From the NCBI RefSeq assembly GCF_009914755.1, contig NC_060940.1: a stretch of 64,000 nt of DNA; one strand, 5' to 3'. A model generated the notes under the pieces. That model was not told the origin of the DNA, made no database searches, and worked only from the letters and a program-made list of their open reading frames with translations. Origin of the DNA: the human T2T-CHM13v2.0 reference genome, Homo sapiens. Made by a program: the position numbers and the translations under genes. This document shows positions 15,770-35,265 of this stretch, one piece after another. Each line of letters begins with the position of its first letter. The first letter of the stretch is position 1.

Positions 15770-16197
15770 GAGAGAGAGAATGGAGAATGACTGCTTAATG
15801 GGGTACAGAAATGATGAAAAAGTTCTGGAGCTAGATAGTGGGGATGGTTGCAAAACATTGAGAATGTATTTAACATGCCTAAGTCGTACACTTTAAAATG
15901 GTTAACCAGTCTGGGCAACATGGTGAAACCCTGTCTCTACAAAAAATACAAATAAATAAATAAATAATAGCCAGGCATGGTGGTCCCAGCTACTTGGGAG
16001 GCTGAGGTGAGAGGATTGCTTGAGTCCACGAGGTTGAAGCTGCAGTGAGCTGAGACTGCTCTACTGCACTCCAGGCTGGGTAATAGAATGAGACTCTGTC
16101 TCAAAAAAAAATTAATAAAAAAATCTATAATACAGTGGTCGATTTTATGTTATGGTCGATTTTATGTAATGTGTTTTTTACCATAATAATTTTTAAA
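15770..16197 (+). mobile_element. L1MB 3' end containing a 5'-truncated AluJ (15906-16110)
   Basis: aagttctggagctagatagtggggatggttgc; tacactttaaaatggtt. Confidence 0.75.
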
Positions 16198-16849
16198 ATC
16201 CAGACTAAGGAAGGCTAGTATTTGTGAAGTCATTAGACAGAACCATATCTAATTTAAGAATTAGTCATGAATATTGAAGTGGATTACTTTTTGTCACATT
16301 GTACTAAGAGAAACAACAAACATTGCCAACAAAATATCACCCAAAACAACAAATATTTAAGCTTATTTAACCAAAACATGGAGGTTAGGCATTTTGTTTC
16401 TTCAAAAGCAAGGTATAATAATTTTAACAAATCAAACATATGGAGCTAAAAAAGATGTTTTAGCTATAAATATAAAATTTTAATAGATTGTTACCTAAGT
16501 GACTATGTAAAGCTTGGAATGTCACATTATGATGCTGGCTTCACCTTGCTCTGTTTATTTACAGACTAGGAAAGAGAGAAAGATAAGCCTCCAGGTTTAT
16601 CGAGCTCCTAAAAATTTCTCACTTTGGCAGCCTTAAACTATTGTGCAAGAGCAAGTGGGGTCAGGCTGTGTGACTCATGCCTATAATCCCAACAAGCTAC
16701 CAGCTTTCAGGTCCCAAATATAATAAGACTCAAAGAAATGGCATCAAATTCTAGAGCAAAATCAAGCATCTACCATGGTTGTGCTGAATATCCTTCTGTT
16801 TCCACATAAGGGAACATTAGAGTCATGGCTTGCGACTTTAAAAATAAAA

Positions 16850-17000
16850 GTAACCAGGCGTAGTGGCACACACCTGTAGTCCCAGCTACTCTGGAGGCTG
16901 AGGTGGGAAGCTTGCTTGAGCCCAGGAGATCAAGGCTGCAGTGAACATGATTGTGCCACTGCACTCTAGCCTGAGTGACAGAGCAAGACCCAGTCTCTAT
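16850..17000 (+). mobile_element. Alu right monomer (FRAM/AluJ)
   Basis: gagcccaggagatcaaggctgcagtga. Confidence 0.8.
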
Positions 17001-17042
17001 TTTTTAAAAAACCATTTAAGAAAACTGCAACCAAGCATTAAT

Positions 17043-17940
17043 GCAGTGGTTTGTGAACTTGGAGGCACATTAGAATCATCTAAGGGCTTTTAGAATCTTC
17101 CATGTCCTGGTCACACCCAAGACCAATTTTTTAAAAAAATTTTTATTTTATTTTAGGTTCCGGGATACATGTGCAGAACATGCAGGTTTGTTACATAGGT
17201 AAACATGTGCCATGGTGGTTTGCTGTACCTATCAACCCATTATGTAAGTATTAAGCCCAGCATGCATTAGCTATTAGTCCTGATGCTTTCCCTCCCCTGC
17301 CTCATCGACAGGCCCCAGTGTGTGTTGTTCCCCTCCCTGTGTCCATGTATTCTCATTGTTCATCTCCCACTTATGAGTGAGAATATAGAGGTGTTTGGTT
17401 TTCTGTTCCTGTGTTAGTTTGCTGAGGATGATGGCTTCCAGCTTTATCTATGTCACTGCAAAGAACATGATCTCATTGCTTTTTATGGCTACATAGTATT
17501 CCATGCTGTATATGTACCACATTTTCTTTATCCAGTCTATCATTGATGGGCATTTGGGTTGGTTCCAAGTCTTTGCTATTGTGAATAGGGCTGCAATAAA
17601 CATACATGTGCATGTATCTTTATAATATAATGATTTATATTCCTTTGGGTATATACCCAAATATATACCCCGTAATGGGATTGCTGGGTCAAATATTTCT
17701 GGTTCTAGATCCTTGAGGAATTGCCACACTGCCATCCACAGTTGTTGAATTAATTTACATTCCCACCAACAGGGTAAAAGCGTTCCTATTTCTCTGCAGT
17801 TTCGCCAGCATCTGTTGTTTCTTGACTTTTTAATAATTGCCTTTCTGACTACACCAGACCAATTGACTCAGACATTGGGTGTGAGACCCAGGCATCAGTA
17901 TGGCTTTAAAGCCCCCCAGGTGAGTCCAATGTGCAGAGGC
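17043..17940. mobile_element. MER5-type hAT relic split by L1PA
   Basis: cacattagaatcatct...; gacccaggcatcagtat...ccccaggtgagtccaatgtgcag. Confidence 0.7.
17126..17851 (-). mobile_element. 5'-truncated L1PA (L1PA8-like)
   Basis: L1PA 3'UTR; ORF2 C-terminus in ORF 17448-17735; TSD cacccaagaccaatt/caccagaccaatt. Confidence 0.9.
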
Positions 17941-17989
17941 TGGCTGTCATGGCAAGAGATGCTTGACAATTAAGAAATTGGGAACACCT

Positions 17990-18333
<344 letters not shown>

Positions 18334-18467
18334 TCAATTTTGCAGAAATAAACATGTAAGAGAAATCAAAGTCCTGCTCCCAAAAGAACGTTTCAGAAGT
18401 TGTTTTGAAAGCTCTGGGCAAGCTACATGGATGAAAGAAATGCTACAAGGGACTTGTGAACCTCGCT

Positions 18468-18700
18468 TCCATTCAATCACTCATTCATTCATTCATTCAT
18501 TTATTCATTCACCGATTCACTCGCAAAGTCATTTATCACTGTTATTTATTCCTTCACTCAGTCAGTCATTCACGCAACATTTCTTAGGCTCCCCTCTGTG
18601 CCAAGTCCTGGAGAAACTGAAATAGAAGGAAGGATGGTGCCCCCCCTGAGAAAGCTTGTGATCTGGGATGACGGTGAGGGGTAACAGATGGTGGCAATTG
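18468..18700 (-). mobile_element. L2 3' end with (TCAT)n tail
   Basis: tcattcattc repeats followed by caacatttcttaggctcccctctgtgcca. Confidence 0.7.
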
Positions 18701-19012
18701 AGTTCAGGGTGCTCAGGAAGAAGCCTGTCCTGGGTGTGATGAAGTGTGGGGGGAAGGGGTGTGTCACCCCGCTGAGTGGTGAGGCGGTGGAGGAGGGGGC
18801 TCCCTTGAAAACAACTTTCTAGGGAGAGGACACCTGAATAAGACCTGAGAAAGGAGCAGGTGTGAGCCCATCTGCAACAAATCCCCTGTGAGTGTGGCTC
18901 TCAGCCTGGCTGCCCCTGGGAGATTCCTTCCTGTCTGGCTCCACCCCCAGAGACTCAGGTTTCACGGGGCTACAGTGGGGCTCGGGCATTCGCATGCTTT
19001 TAAAATATCATG

Positions 19013-20238
<1,226 letters not shown>

Positions 20239-20905
20239 GCATCTGTGTTTTTTAAAGCTCCCCTAATGATTCTAAAATGCAGCCAAGGCTGTGAAGCACT
20301 CAGTCCAAGCAATGTCCCCACCCTGTGGCTCTGGTTTGAGAAATTAGGTTCCTGGGTCATGGCTCTGGAGAGTCTGATTTAGTGGACTCAGGGGTCTGTC
20401 TCTCCTGGAATCTCTCTCTTCCCTGATTGACAGGTCAGCCTACCTATCAGCCCACAGGAGAGCCTTGGTCAATGTCCCTTTGTGAAGGCCAAGAATAGCC
20501 CCTTTCCCTCCAGAGAGAGGTCCCTCCCTCCCAGCTCAGGGCCCCTGGCGCCCCTGCCTGGTTCCACTCCCCCATTCTTCCTACTTGGGTCAGCCTCTGC
20601 TCCTGATCCGCGGGCCAGACTTGGGCACCCAAATCCCCCAAGAACAAATGACCCTGTTTAGAGACAGGGCAGCCTGAATGGATCTTTAAGACCTAGTGCC
20701 ATCTAACCCTATAAGGACACAGTCTGGCTAAAGATGCCTCCACCATTCTTGTGGCTCGACAGGATATCTTGGTCCAAAGCATTGGTATTCTGGTTATAAG
20801 CCACGACACAGTTGTCACCAAGAACCTTTTATATTTGTGTGACTAACGGGCCTATCCTGTAGATTTTCCTCCAAGCAAAGGAAGCTGCTTCAAAAGTGAT
20901 CCCTT

Positions 20906-21238
<333 letters not shown>

Positions 21239-21599
21239 CTATGCCAACAATTTTCAAATAGCCCTTCTCAGCCTCAGAAAAATTAGAGCCCACAGAGCAC
21301 TGGTTATTTAGATAAACCAAAATGGTATAGACTCTGGCACCAGTGTCAAATTCAAGGACATCGAGGGGCCTCTATGAGTGTACAAACTTACCTGGTGTGA
21401 CCTCTCCAGGAGTGAGGTAGCCACTTCCCTCACTTAAGAACTAGAAAACCGGGACTAAGCAGACTTGTTTGCCTGAGTAGGAAAGGTCAAAGTGGCTATA
21501 AAAAGCTTGCACAATAAAAGGCAAAACTTCTGGAAATACTCTTGTGACAACCAAGTCCCATTCTACAAGTCAGGGAACAAAGCCAGTTTAATATATTTA

Positions 21600-22219
<620 letters not shown>

Positions 22220-22269
22220 TACACTTAATCTAAATATTGAAATACTTATACCAATATTTATTTCTCCTA

Positions 22270-22470
22270 TGGGCCAAACTCTGAACTTAATGTGTTAACA
22301 CATATTCACCCATTTAATTCTCACAACAACCATGTGGGTAGAATGTTAAAGATGAGGCAGCTGAGGCCTAGAGAGGTTAAATGACATGCCCAAGGCCACA
22401 CAGCTGGTAAGCAGGGGAGCTGGTATGCAAATCCAGATACGTCTGACTTCAAAGTGTGTGCGTTCTCAAT
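22270..22470 (-). mobile_element. MIR
   Basis: agatgaggcagctgaggcctagagaggttaaatgacatgcccaaggccacacagct. Confidence 0.8.
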
Positions 22471-22498
22471 TACAAATATCTTGAAAAAACATCTGTTG

Positions 22499-22780
22499 GT
22501 CTTTGGGAGGCTGAGGCGGGCAGATCACTTGAGGTTAGGTGTTTGAGACCAGCCTGGCCAACATGGCAAGACCCCATCTCTACTAAAAATACAAAAATTA
22601 GCCCGGCATGGTGGTGCACACTTGAAGTCCCAGCTACTTGGGACGCTAAGTCAGAGAATCGCTTGAACCTGGGAGGCGGCGGTTGCAGTGAGGTGAGATA
22701 GCGCCACTGCACTCCAGCTTGGGCAACAGAACGAGACCCTGTCTCAAAAAAAAAAAAAAAAAAGAAAAGAAAAAGAAAAA
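22499..22780 (+). mobile_element. 5'-truncated AluS
   Basis: TSD catctgttgg/catccgttgg. Confidence 0.9.
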
Positions 22781-23123
22781 TCATCCGTTGGAAAATAATG
22801 ACCTACCGATCTGCATAAATGCTGCAATCGCTCAGAGTGGTAAGGATGTAAGAGATAGTCACTGGGCATGTTTTAAAAATGGAAAGAACATGCTGTAAGC
22901 TAACTACTAGATTGGCAGTCTCCGAGGTGAGGGACGTGGTGAACATCCTTGTGTTCACAACACCGAGTCTGGCCCTGGGTAGAAGCAGTGCTGGGTAGAA
23001 ACTGGCCACTATCGACATCTTATTCCCATATGAGGGGGCTAGTTACTCCAGTGGCCCTCAAAGCAACATGTTTTGTAAAAGAAGTTATGTGTTGGATTGC
23101 TCTTTAAAATTGAATAAACCATA

Positions 23124-23415
23124 GACCGGGTGCGTTGGCTCACGTCTGTAATCCCAGCACTCTAGGAGGCCGAGGCGGGCAGATCACTTGAGGTCAGGAG
23201 TTGGAGACCGGCCTTGCCAACATGGCGAAACTCCATCTCTACTAAAAATACGAAAATTAGCCGGGCGTGGTGGCTCGCGCCTGTAGTCCCAGCTACTCAG
23301 GAAGCTAAGTCAGCGAATCGCTTGAATCCGGGAGGGGAGGTTGCAGTGAGCCGACCTCGCACTACTGCACTCCAGCCTGGGTGACAGAGTGACACTCCAT
23401 CTAGAAAAAAAAGAA
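23124..23415 (+). mobile_element. AluS, CpG-rich
   Basis: Full dimer, 17 CpG counted; TSD aataaaccata. Confidence 0.93.
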
Positions 23416-23430
23416 TTTAATAAACCATAA

Positions 23431-23669
<239 letters not shown>

Positions 23670-23714
23670 TAAAATGTCTTTTTAGAGCTTCTATTTCACA
23701 AGACGATGAGCTTA

Positions 23715-23855
23715 AAAATATATTATTTAAAACGTTGTTTTATATATTATTTAAAATATTATTTATAATATTATGATAGAATATTTATTTTATTAAACAT
23801 TAATATTTAATTTAATATTTTAATTTTTATTATAAGAAAAATATTATTATTTAAA
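23715..23855. repeat. AT-rich low-complexity tract
   Basis: Almost entirely A/T; repeated atattattt motif. Confidence 0.8.
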
Positions 23856-24080
23856 GTATCATTCACTGAACAACACACCTCACTCCAGAGGTACAGAGAA
23901 TTCCAGGACAGTTGCAGTAGACGTGGGAACATTTTTTTTCTCAACTGGGTGAATGTGAAGCTCTCATTCGTTTCCTGTGGTGACCACATAAACGTTGTCA
24001 CCTATGCATCGCCCAAGAAAGTTAAATATTTCCGTCCTCCCCCAAGCAGCCCAGTCAACCAAATGCCACTGGTGCTTCCG

Positions 24081-24110
24081 TGCGATGATCATTTCTGCCG
24101 GCAGGGGGCA
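24081..24110 (+). promoter_or_regulatory. Predicted CTCF site (core plus upstream motif)
   Basis: CCGGCAGGGGGCA at 24098-24110 fits CCRSYAGRKGGCR; TGCGAT begins 17 nt upstream; CpG-retaining unique context. Confidence 0.65.
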
Positions 24111-24680
24111 ATCTTGCTCGCCGCATTCTATATTGACGCTTCCTCCAGCTGTCTGAACGTGGCGCTCAACAAAATTAAGGTAAAAGGTTTCTATGCTGAC
24201 GATTCCTTGGCGGAGAAACTATTTGCAAACAGCAAGAGAAACGTGCTCAAAAGCCAAAGCGCTTTCCCTGGTTTCTGATCGCTGTTTATAGGAGTAACTG
24301 CTGTAGAAAAGAAAGAAAGAAAAAACTGCCTGTTTTTGTCAACTTGTTGCAAATGTTAAAACTTTAATTAACATGTTAGCTGTTTTGTTTCGGTGCCTTT
24401 TCTTCATTGATGTCAGGTGGCTTTTTCATCGGCCGCATTTCCAATGAGGCAAAGTGGCAAACTCATCCTTTCTGTGAAATGAACTGTCACAGCCGATGGG
24501 CCGTGCAGGAGGTGCCACCCTTGCTGGGTGACCGTGTTTGGAGCGTTATTTCCTCATCTCTGAAACTTGGGCTTCTAGCCATTCTCTGGCTTCCCTTGCA
24601 GCCTCTTACAGACCTGAGTGAACCCAGGAGACTAAACAAGGCCCTTTTCAGCCTTAGCACCGGTTTTGCCTTGGAGCTCA

Positions 24681-25085
<405 letters not shown>

Positions 25086-25327
25086 TTACAGAGGCCCAGA
25101 GGTGTCAGGTGGCACCGAGAGGCAGCTGGAATTTAAGCTCCAAGTCTCTTGACTCGAAAAATAAATCAAGTTGACAAAGATAAAGCTCTTGATATAGATG
25201 GCATTTAAGCCTTGTTAATCCATTTGAAGATGTTCTCAAAAATTTGTGTTGGTAAGCTTGAATTCTAAATGGAAGTCCAAGAAATCCAAGCTTCAGAGTG
25301 GAAAACTGTAATCATAATTATTTACTA

Positions 25328-25597
25328 ATTTTTAAAGAGACAGTGTCTTGCTTTGTTGCCTAGGCTGGAGTGCAGCGGTGCAATCTTGGCTCACTGCAGC
25401 CTTGAACTCCTACCTCAAGCAGTCCTCCCACCTCAGCCTCCCGAGGAGTGAGGACTACAGGTGTGTGCCACCACACCCAGCTACTTTTATTTTTATTTTT
25501 TGTAGAGATGGGGTCTCAAACTCCTCGGCTCAAGCAATCCTCCCACCTCGTCCTCCCAAAGTGCTGGGATTATAGGCATGAGCCACAGTGCCCAGCC
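25328..25597 (-). mobile_element. AluJ
   Basis: J-type sequence with small deletion. Confidence 0.87.
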
Positions 25598-25899
25598 CAC
25601 AACTATTTTTGAAAGATGACCGACACACGACCCTAAACTCTTTTGTTTGGGAAGATGAAAACAGGCCTCACTACTTATAGCACAGATGAGGTTTCAGGAG
25701 CACACCTGGCAATGTAATTGCACAACATCCACGAAGTTACAGAACAGTTTTGAGCCAGAGGAAATGCCTGGATGGAGAAGGATTTCCATGTGACCAGACA
25801 ATGGACATCTGCTTGTCTCATACAGACTTTTCTCCTGGGGGAGAATTCTGTCCTTCCCTAATGGGCAGGGTGGGGCCACTCCCCACGGTGGAAAGAAAA

Positions 25900-26876
<977 letters not shown>

Positions 26877-27364
26877 TCAAATCTGGATTGCACTCCACAT
26901 TGTTGCCACCGGGAAAACCACAGTCACTGTTTCTGCTCTAGCCCTGACAACAGGTGGTCAAGGCCACAATGGATAATTTTGGTATTGGAAAGGACAGAGC
27001 TCGGATGGTCCAGTTCCCTCAGTTTGCAGAAGCGGGGGTTGGTGAGTTGCCTGTGCCACCTTTGGTAGCACAGCTGTGGCTAGAGGCAGCTGATCTGGTA
27101 TTTAGTTAGGAGTTTTTCCCATTGCATCCCAAGGGATCAAGACTGGAGGGACCATGCACATCGGAAATTGCCTTGGAACTTCTTATGACCAAGTCCCCAG
27201 AGAGTTCTTTTTTTGGCTGCTCACAGAACTTACTTCCTGTGATCTGAAAGCCAAAAGAATTTTGAGATTTTAGAATATTCTGTTGTTTTCATGGCCCTAC
27301 TCTGTTTAATAAAAGAGCTTTTCAACCTCCCAGCTTGATTCAGTTTTTGAAAATGTAGAATTTA

Positions 27365-27675
27365 GGCCAGGTGCAGTGGCTCACGCCTGTAATCCCAGCA
27401 CTTTAGGAGGCCGAGGCAGGCGGATCACCTGCGGTCAGGAGTTCAAGACTGGCCTGGCCAACATGGTGAAACCTTGTCTCTACTAAAAATACAAAAATTA
27501 GCTGAGTGTGGTGGCATGTGCCTGTAATCTCAGCTACTCAAGAGGTTGAGGCAGGAGAATCGCTTGAACCTAGGGGACAGAGGTTGCAGTAAGCCAAGAT
27601 CGTACCGCTGCACTCCAGCCTGGGTGACAGAGCAAGACTCTGTCTCAGAAAAAAAAAAGAATGAAAAGAAAAAGA
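27365..27675 (+). mobile_element. AluS
   Basis: TSD gaaaatgtagaattta. Confidence 0.94.
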
Positions 27676-27904
27676 AAATGTAGAATTTAAGTTAGACATT
27701 GTTTCAAACTCAGAAGGCTCTTCCTCTCTTCTTCTCAAAACCTCCCCATTTTTCCAGCCCCAGTTAAATGTTTCCCCCACAACATCCCTACGAGATCTCC
27801 CTCAATTAACCCAAGTAAGGTGACTGTCTTCCTTCCACACAGTGCTGGAACTTCTCTCATTCAAAATCTTTCTTCCTCTCTCTCATATTAAAAATGGTAT
27901 TAAA

Positions 27905-28386
<482 letters not shown>

Positions 28387-28527
28387 TCATAAGCCATTTT
28401 TGCTTCTTTTTCTGGGGCTGCTTATTCTTGCACTTTGTCCATTTTTCTATTGATTTGTTGACCTTATTAATTAACAGGAACTGGTTATGTATTAAATAAA
28501 TTCTTTAAAATAGATCATGCCATTTAA

Positions 28528-28838
<311 letters not shown>

Positions 28839-28856
28839 AAAAAAAATATTTAATTA

Positions 28857-29098
28857 ACGCCAAGTAAAGGGGCTCATCCCTATAATCTCAGAAGTTTGAG
28901 ACCCTGTCTCTAAAATAAAAATGAAAAAATTTTAAAAATTAGCCGAGTGCATTAGCATGCACCTGTAGTCAAAGATACTCAGGAGGCTGGGGTGGGAGGA
29001 TTGCTTGAGCCCAGGGGTTTGAGGCTGCAATGAGCTCAAACTCACTGCAGTGAGTATGGCTACCAGCCTGGGTGACAGAGTGAGACCCTGTCTCTAAA
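28857..29098 (+). mobile_element. Degraded AluJ
   Basis: Deleted left arm, recognisable right arm. Confidence 0.75.
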
Positions 29099-29683
29099 TA
29101 TATATAAATACATAGTTTATACCATAAATCTGTGATATAAGTTTTTCCCGTGCATATGTTTTAACCTTTCTATAGTAAAATTTATCAGTCTTTTTCTTTA
29201 AGGCTCCTCGATTTTCAATCTAGCTTGGAAAAATATTCCTGACTTCAAGATTTTAAAAACACTCTTTTTTTCTAACATTTTTTCAAGTACTTTTAATGGT
29301 TTTACGGTATTGAAATTTTTGCTCCATTTGGAACATATTTGGGTGTGAAGAGTACACTGGAATTCAACATAAAAATTTTCCAACCCACTTATTAAATAAT
29401 CTACCTTTTCCCTACTGATTTGAAATGCCATGTTATCAAAAAACAAATCATCTTTTGGGTTTTTGTGAGCCCTCTAGTCTGTCCCATTGATTTTCGTGGC
29501 CACTCAGGTGCCAGTGTTTAGCTCTCTTTATTACTTCTTGGCTTTCTTATGGTATTTGTTACTTTCTGCACTACATGATATAAATTCACAGCAATGTCAA
29601 AATTTGTCATAATTCTCAATTTTAGGTCCTTTTCACCCCAGACAGCACCCCCCCTTCATTCCCCCTGCCCTGTCCCCATGGAA

Positions 29684-30013
<330 letters not shown>

Positions 30014-30399
30014 TTCTCTTCTCTCTTAAACTTATTCTCTCTAACACTCATATGAAGCCTAGTGTCATGCAGTCTTTTCTGGTTACTCACTTTTTTATAT
30101 ACATATCTTATTTTCCCACCAAGATTGTCTCTCCCGGAAGGCTAAGCTAATCTTTCATGTACCTACACCATCCACAGCAGTATCTGGTACACTGCTAGGC
30201 AAATAGAGAAATTCTGAGGATGCTGTTAAAAAGCATTGTCTCAAAATTGATAAGAATTAACACGATAAGTATTAACTTCTAAAATAAATTAAGTAACATT
30301 TATTTTAGAAGTTGTCTCTCTCAAAAATCAGTCCTTTTTCAACAACCAGACAATTTTTTTTATTTGCAAATTTTGTTCAAGGTTATTTTACATTTTTAA

Positions 30400-31530
30400 A
30401 TTTATTTCATTTTTAGTTGTAAAATTTACATGACATGAAATTTACCATTTTAACCATCTTAAGTGTATAGTTCAGTAGCATTAAGCACATTCACAGAATT
30501 GGGCAGTCATCACCACCATCCATCTCCAGAACTTTTTAATCTTGCAAAACTGAAATTCTGCATTTATTAAACACTAACTCCTCATTCCCACTCTCCCCAG
30601 CCCTCCTGGCAGCCACCATCCTACTTTTTGTCTTTGTGAATTTGACTACTCTAGGTACCTTATATTAGTGGAATCATACACTATTTGCCTTTTTGTGATT
30701 GGCTTATTTCACTTACCATAACATCCTGAAGGTTTATCCACGTTGTAGTATGTGTCAGAATTTCCTTCTATTTTAAGGCTGAATAATGTTCCATTGTGCT
30801 TATAAACCACATTCGGTTTATCCATTCATTCAACTAGGGTCGTGTCTACCTTTCGGCTATTTGTGATTACTACAGCTATGAACATTGGTTTACAAATGTC
30901 TGTTCCAGTCCCAATCTGTTTCAGCTCTTTTGGGTATATACCCGGAAGTGGAATTGCTGGGTCATATGGTAAATCTATGTTTAATTTTTTGAGGAACTGC
31001 CATCTTGTTTTCCACAGCAGCTGCATCATTTCACACTCCCACCAGCAGCCCACAAAGCTTCCAATTTCTCCACATCCTCATCAACACTTATATTCTGTGT
31101 TGGGTTTTTGCTTGTTTGTCTGTTTACTTTTCTTTCTATAATAGACCTCCTAATGGGTATGAGGTGGTATCTCATTGTGGTTTTGATTTGCATTCCCCTA
31201 ATGGTTAATGACACCAAGCATCTTTTCATGTGCTAAACGGGTATGTGTCTATGTCTTCTTTAGAGAAATATTGATTCAAGTCCTTTGTCCATTTTTAAAT
31301 CTGGTTACTTGGTTTTTTTGTGGTTGAGTTACAGTGGTTTTTAAAAAATGTTCTGGATATTAGCATCTTTTAAGATATATGATTTGCAGACATTTTCTCC
31401 CATTTCATTAATTTCCTTTTCACTCAGTTGATAGCATCCTTTGATGCACAAAAGTTTTAAATTTTTATTTTAGCCCAATTTACCTGTTTCTTCTTTGTTG
31501 CCTGTGCTGTTGGTATCACACCCAAGAAGA
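30400..31530 (-). mobile_element. L1MB 3' UTR plus ORF2 C-terminal relic
   Basis: ORFs 30826-31053 (LPYDPAIPL) and 31026-31229 ([11 protein letters not shown]). Confidence 0.88.
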
Positions 31531-32061
31531 CCCTGACAGTCTGACAGTGTGATGCGGTCCCTTAAAATGAGCTGTCACCCTAAAATATTAGAAATTCTAA
31601 TAAGAGAGCCTGGGCCAGCCAGTTATATAGGTTTTTCCAGAAAGTACAAGTTGTTCCAGAAAATGTGAAAGTGTGTGTCCCAACTCTCCTGGTCAATAGA
31701 TTTGGCTTACAGGATCCGTGTAACATGTTTTCGTTACTGAGTGCAACTCTGTCCTTCTCAGAATATCTTGTCAGAGCAGAAGGGGGCAGATGAGGTCCTA
31801 CAGACACAATTAATAACACAAAAATGTTGGGCAAGGTCATCTTGGAAAAGGTTGTTACTCTTGGAATTTTAATAGGCCCAACTGTATTATAAATTGTATC
31901 TGAAAGACACAACAACTATGTAGAGTACAATTTACTCTTCAAAATACAATGGAGGATTGAGTGAACATGCAACTGTAACCACAGGACAGGAAGGGAGGCC
32001 TGAAATATGCTCTGATGGCAACTCTGTGCTTATCTTGGTATCAGAATGATCACATGCTTTA

Positions 32062-32402
<341 letters not shown>

Positions 32403-33433
32403 AGAATGCTTATAAGCTTCAAGTTCGATATCCAGAACATTCTGCTTAACCCCTAGGGTATTTATTTTTGTCACCTGTTTCTGGTATTCATAAGGTATCT
32501 TTGTCTACTGTATATGATTTAAAGAAGTTTCTCTTATATTTTCCCCAAATTTGAAAGCAGCAACTTTCCGTTCTGTGGACCTGTGTGAAAATGTCAAGTT
32601 CACACGAATATGAGACTTAAAATACAGATACATTCTCAAGTCATCAAAAATATGTAAAGGGTCAAAACTACATTTTTAAATTATATTCTGATTTGGAGTT
32701 TTCAAACCTTCAAAAATCACAAGTCATTTTTTTAAAAAGTCCTGAGCCTTTACACTAAAATGTAATTTGACCTTTTTCAAACATGAAATTTACTATATTT
32801 AGAACAGAGATTCATAAAGAAATTTATGTGCGTTATACCTAGTGATTCATATTAATGGCGAGTTTTGAGAAAAGAGTAGTAACATTAATAATATTTCGGA
32901 GTCAGGTTAGAGATCAAGATTACAATAATTTTTTTCCTTTTTTTGATGTTGCAGCCTGTCCAAATCAAAACAAATATATTTTCCACCTATAGATGGCAAT
33001 ATTTGTACAATGAGTTTATCTTAATTAAAGGAAGATTATTAGAAATAATCTTGATGTAAAGATCTTCAAAGCTTTTTATAATGGAAAACTTCCAGCATAC
33101 CCAAAGGTAGACAGAGTAGTATAATGAACCACCATGCTCCCACGATCCACGTTAACAGTTACCATGGCCAGTCTTGTTTCATTAACCTACATCCCCTTCC
33201 CCTCCATCTGGATTAATTTGAAGCAAATCCCAGACTACTGCAAAATTAAAATAGAAAAATAAAGTTATGATACCACCTGCAAAACACCTTCAAGGAATTC
33301 TGTTGGTACCCATAGAATCCTAAAAATAAATAAATGGCCAAATAAGAAACAAACAAAAGCAACCCTGCTGCAATGAAGATAAAAAACACTGAATGCCGGC
33401 TGGGCGCAATGAAGATAAGAAACACTGAATGCC

Positions 33434-34000
<567 letters not shown>

Positions 34001-34980
34001 AAGCAATTACTAACTTACAGAAATAACAAAACACCAAATGACAGAATATGTGACATGCACATCCTTCTTTGGGGTTTTAAAAGAAATGACAAGGTCCAAT
34101 TATAAATTTAAAAATTAATAATAAAAATTTTTAAGTGAGAAGACCAAGTTAGAAGCCCCTGCAGAGTGAGTGATTAGATATAGAAAGGAAATCCAAGGAA
34201 GCAAGGAGAATGGAAAATTACTGACTTGTTAGAACAAAGCAGTGACAGCTGCTGGCTCTAAAATTAGGAACGGAGACAAGGAATTTTCAGAGCACCACCA
34301 AACAAATCACAAAGGCACAATTCACCCAGCACCTTTCAGAAAGATTTTTAACTCCTAAAAGAATACAAGGCAAGCGACCGCCAGGTTGATCATTCAGGGG
34401 CTGTGTGCTTCCCTAAACCTTGCTGCTTACTGAGTCCAGGGTCGTTTCTCTACAGAGGGCTGCCCTTGAATGACAGCTCGGATGAAAACCAAGGGCAGAC
34501 AGGATGCACCTCTTTAAAGTCTTTTATGTTTTCTATGCTTTTCTGAGATTTTGCTGATTTCACAGACAGTCTAGAAGTCTAGCACACACTACTTACATTT
34601 TCATCATACTCTTTGAGCTTTTCCAATCCTAACTCTGGGAATAAATTGATTACCCATAGACCTTTAGTTGCCCAGGTACCACACCTTCAGGCACCTGGGT
34701 GGCAGATTCTTTAACGCATCTGAAGAAGAAACTTAGCCAATTATACTTTTAAAAATCCCTATGTGATAATCTGTAAACACAGCAGTCGTGCCCTCAGGAT
34801 GAACAAAGGGCAACTTCAACAGCCCAAGATCTGGCTTCTGTTTGGGCCTCTGTCCTGGAGTGACTGAGGACCTCAGACAGGACACTCAGGCCTTTAGTGT
34901 CCTCTCCTAAGAGGGGGTAGCCGTACTTGCCCTAAGTCACAGGGAGACCAAGGAAACAAAACATCATAAAAACACTCTGA

Positions 34981-35265
34981 GGCTGGGCATGGTAGCTCAT
35001 GCTGTAATCCAAGCACTTTGGGAGAACAAGGAGGCAGGAGGGCTGGAGCCCAGGAGTTCGAGACCAGCCTGGGCAACATAAGGAGACTCTGTCTCTAACA
35101 AAAAATTTAAAAATTAGCTGGGCATGATGGCACGTGCCTGTGGTCCCAGCTACTCAGGAGGCTGAGGTGGGAGGATCACTTGAGCCTGGGAGGTGGAGTG
35201 AACCATGATCACACCATTGCATTTCAGCCTCGGTGCCAGAAGGAGACCCTGTCTCAAGAAAAAAA
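34981..35265 (+). mobile_element. AluJ
   Basis: gagcccaggagttcgagaccagcctgggcaacata. Confidence 0.9.

Noticed and set aside
23715-23855. Possible palindromic AT-rich repeat (PATRR)
   Set aside because: Short and without a long perfect inverted arm
23949-24278. 109-aa ORF across the CpG element
   Set aside because: GTG start, no recognisable domain, length compatible with chance
25093-25116. Second CTCF-like sequence (tgtcaggtggca)
   Set aside because: Lacks the 5' CC of the core; weak match
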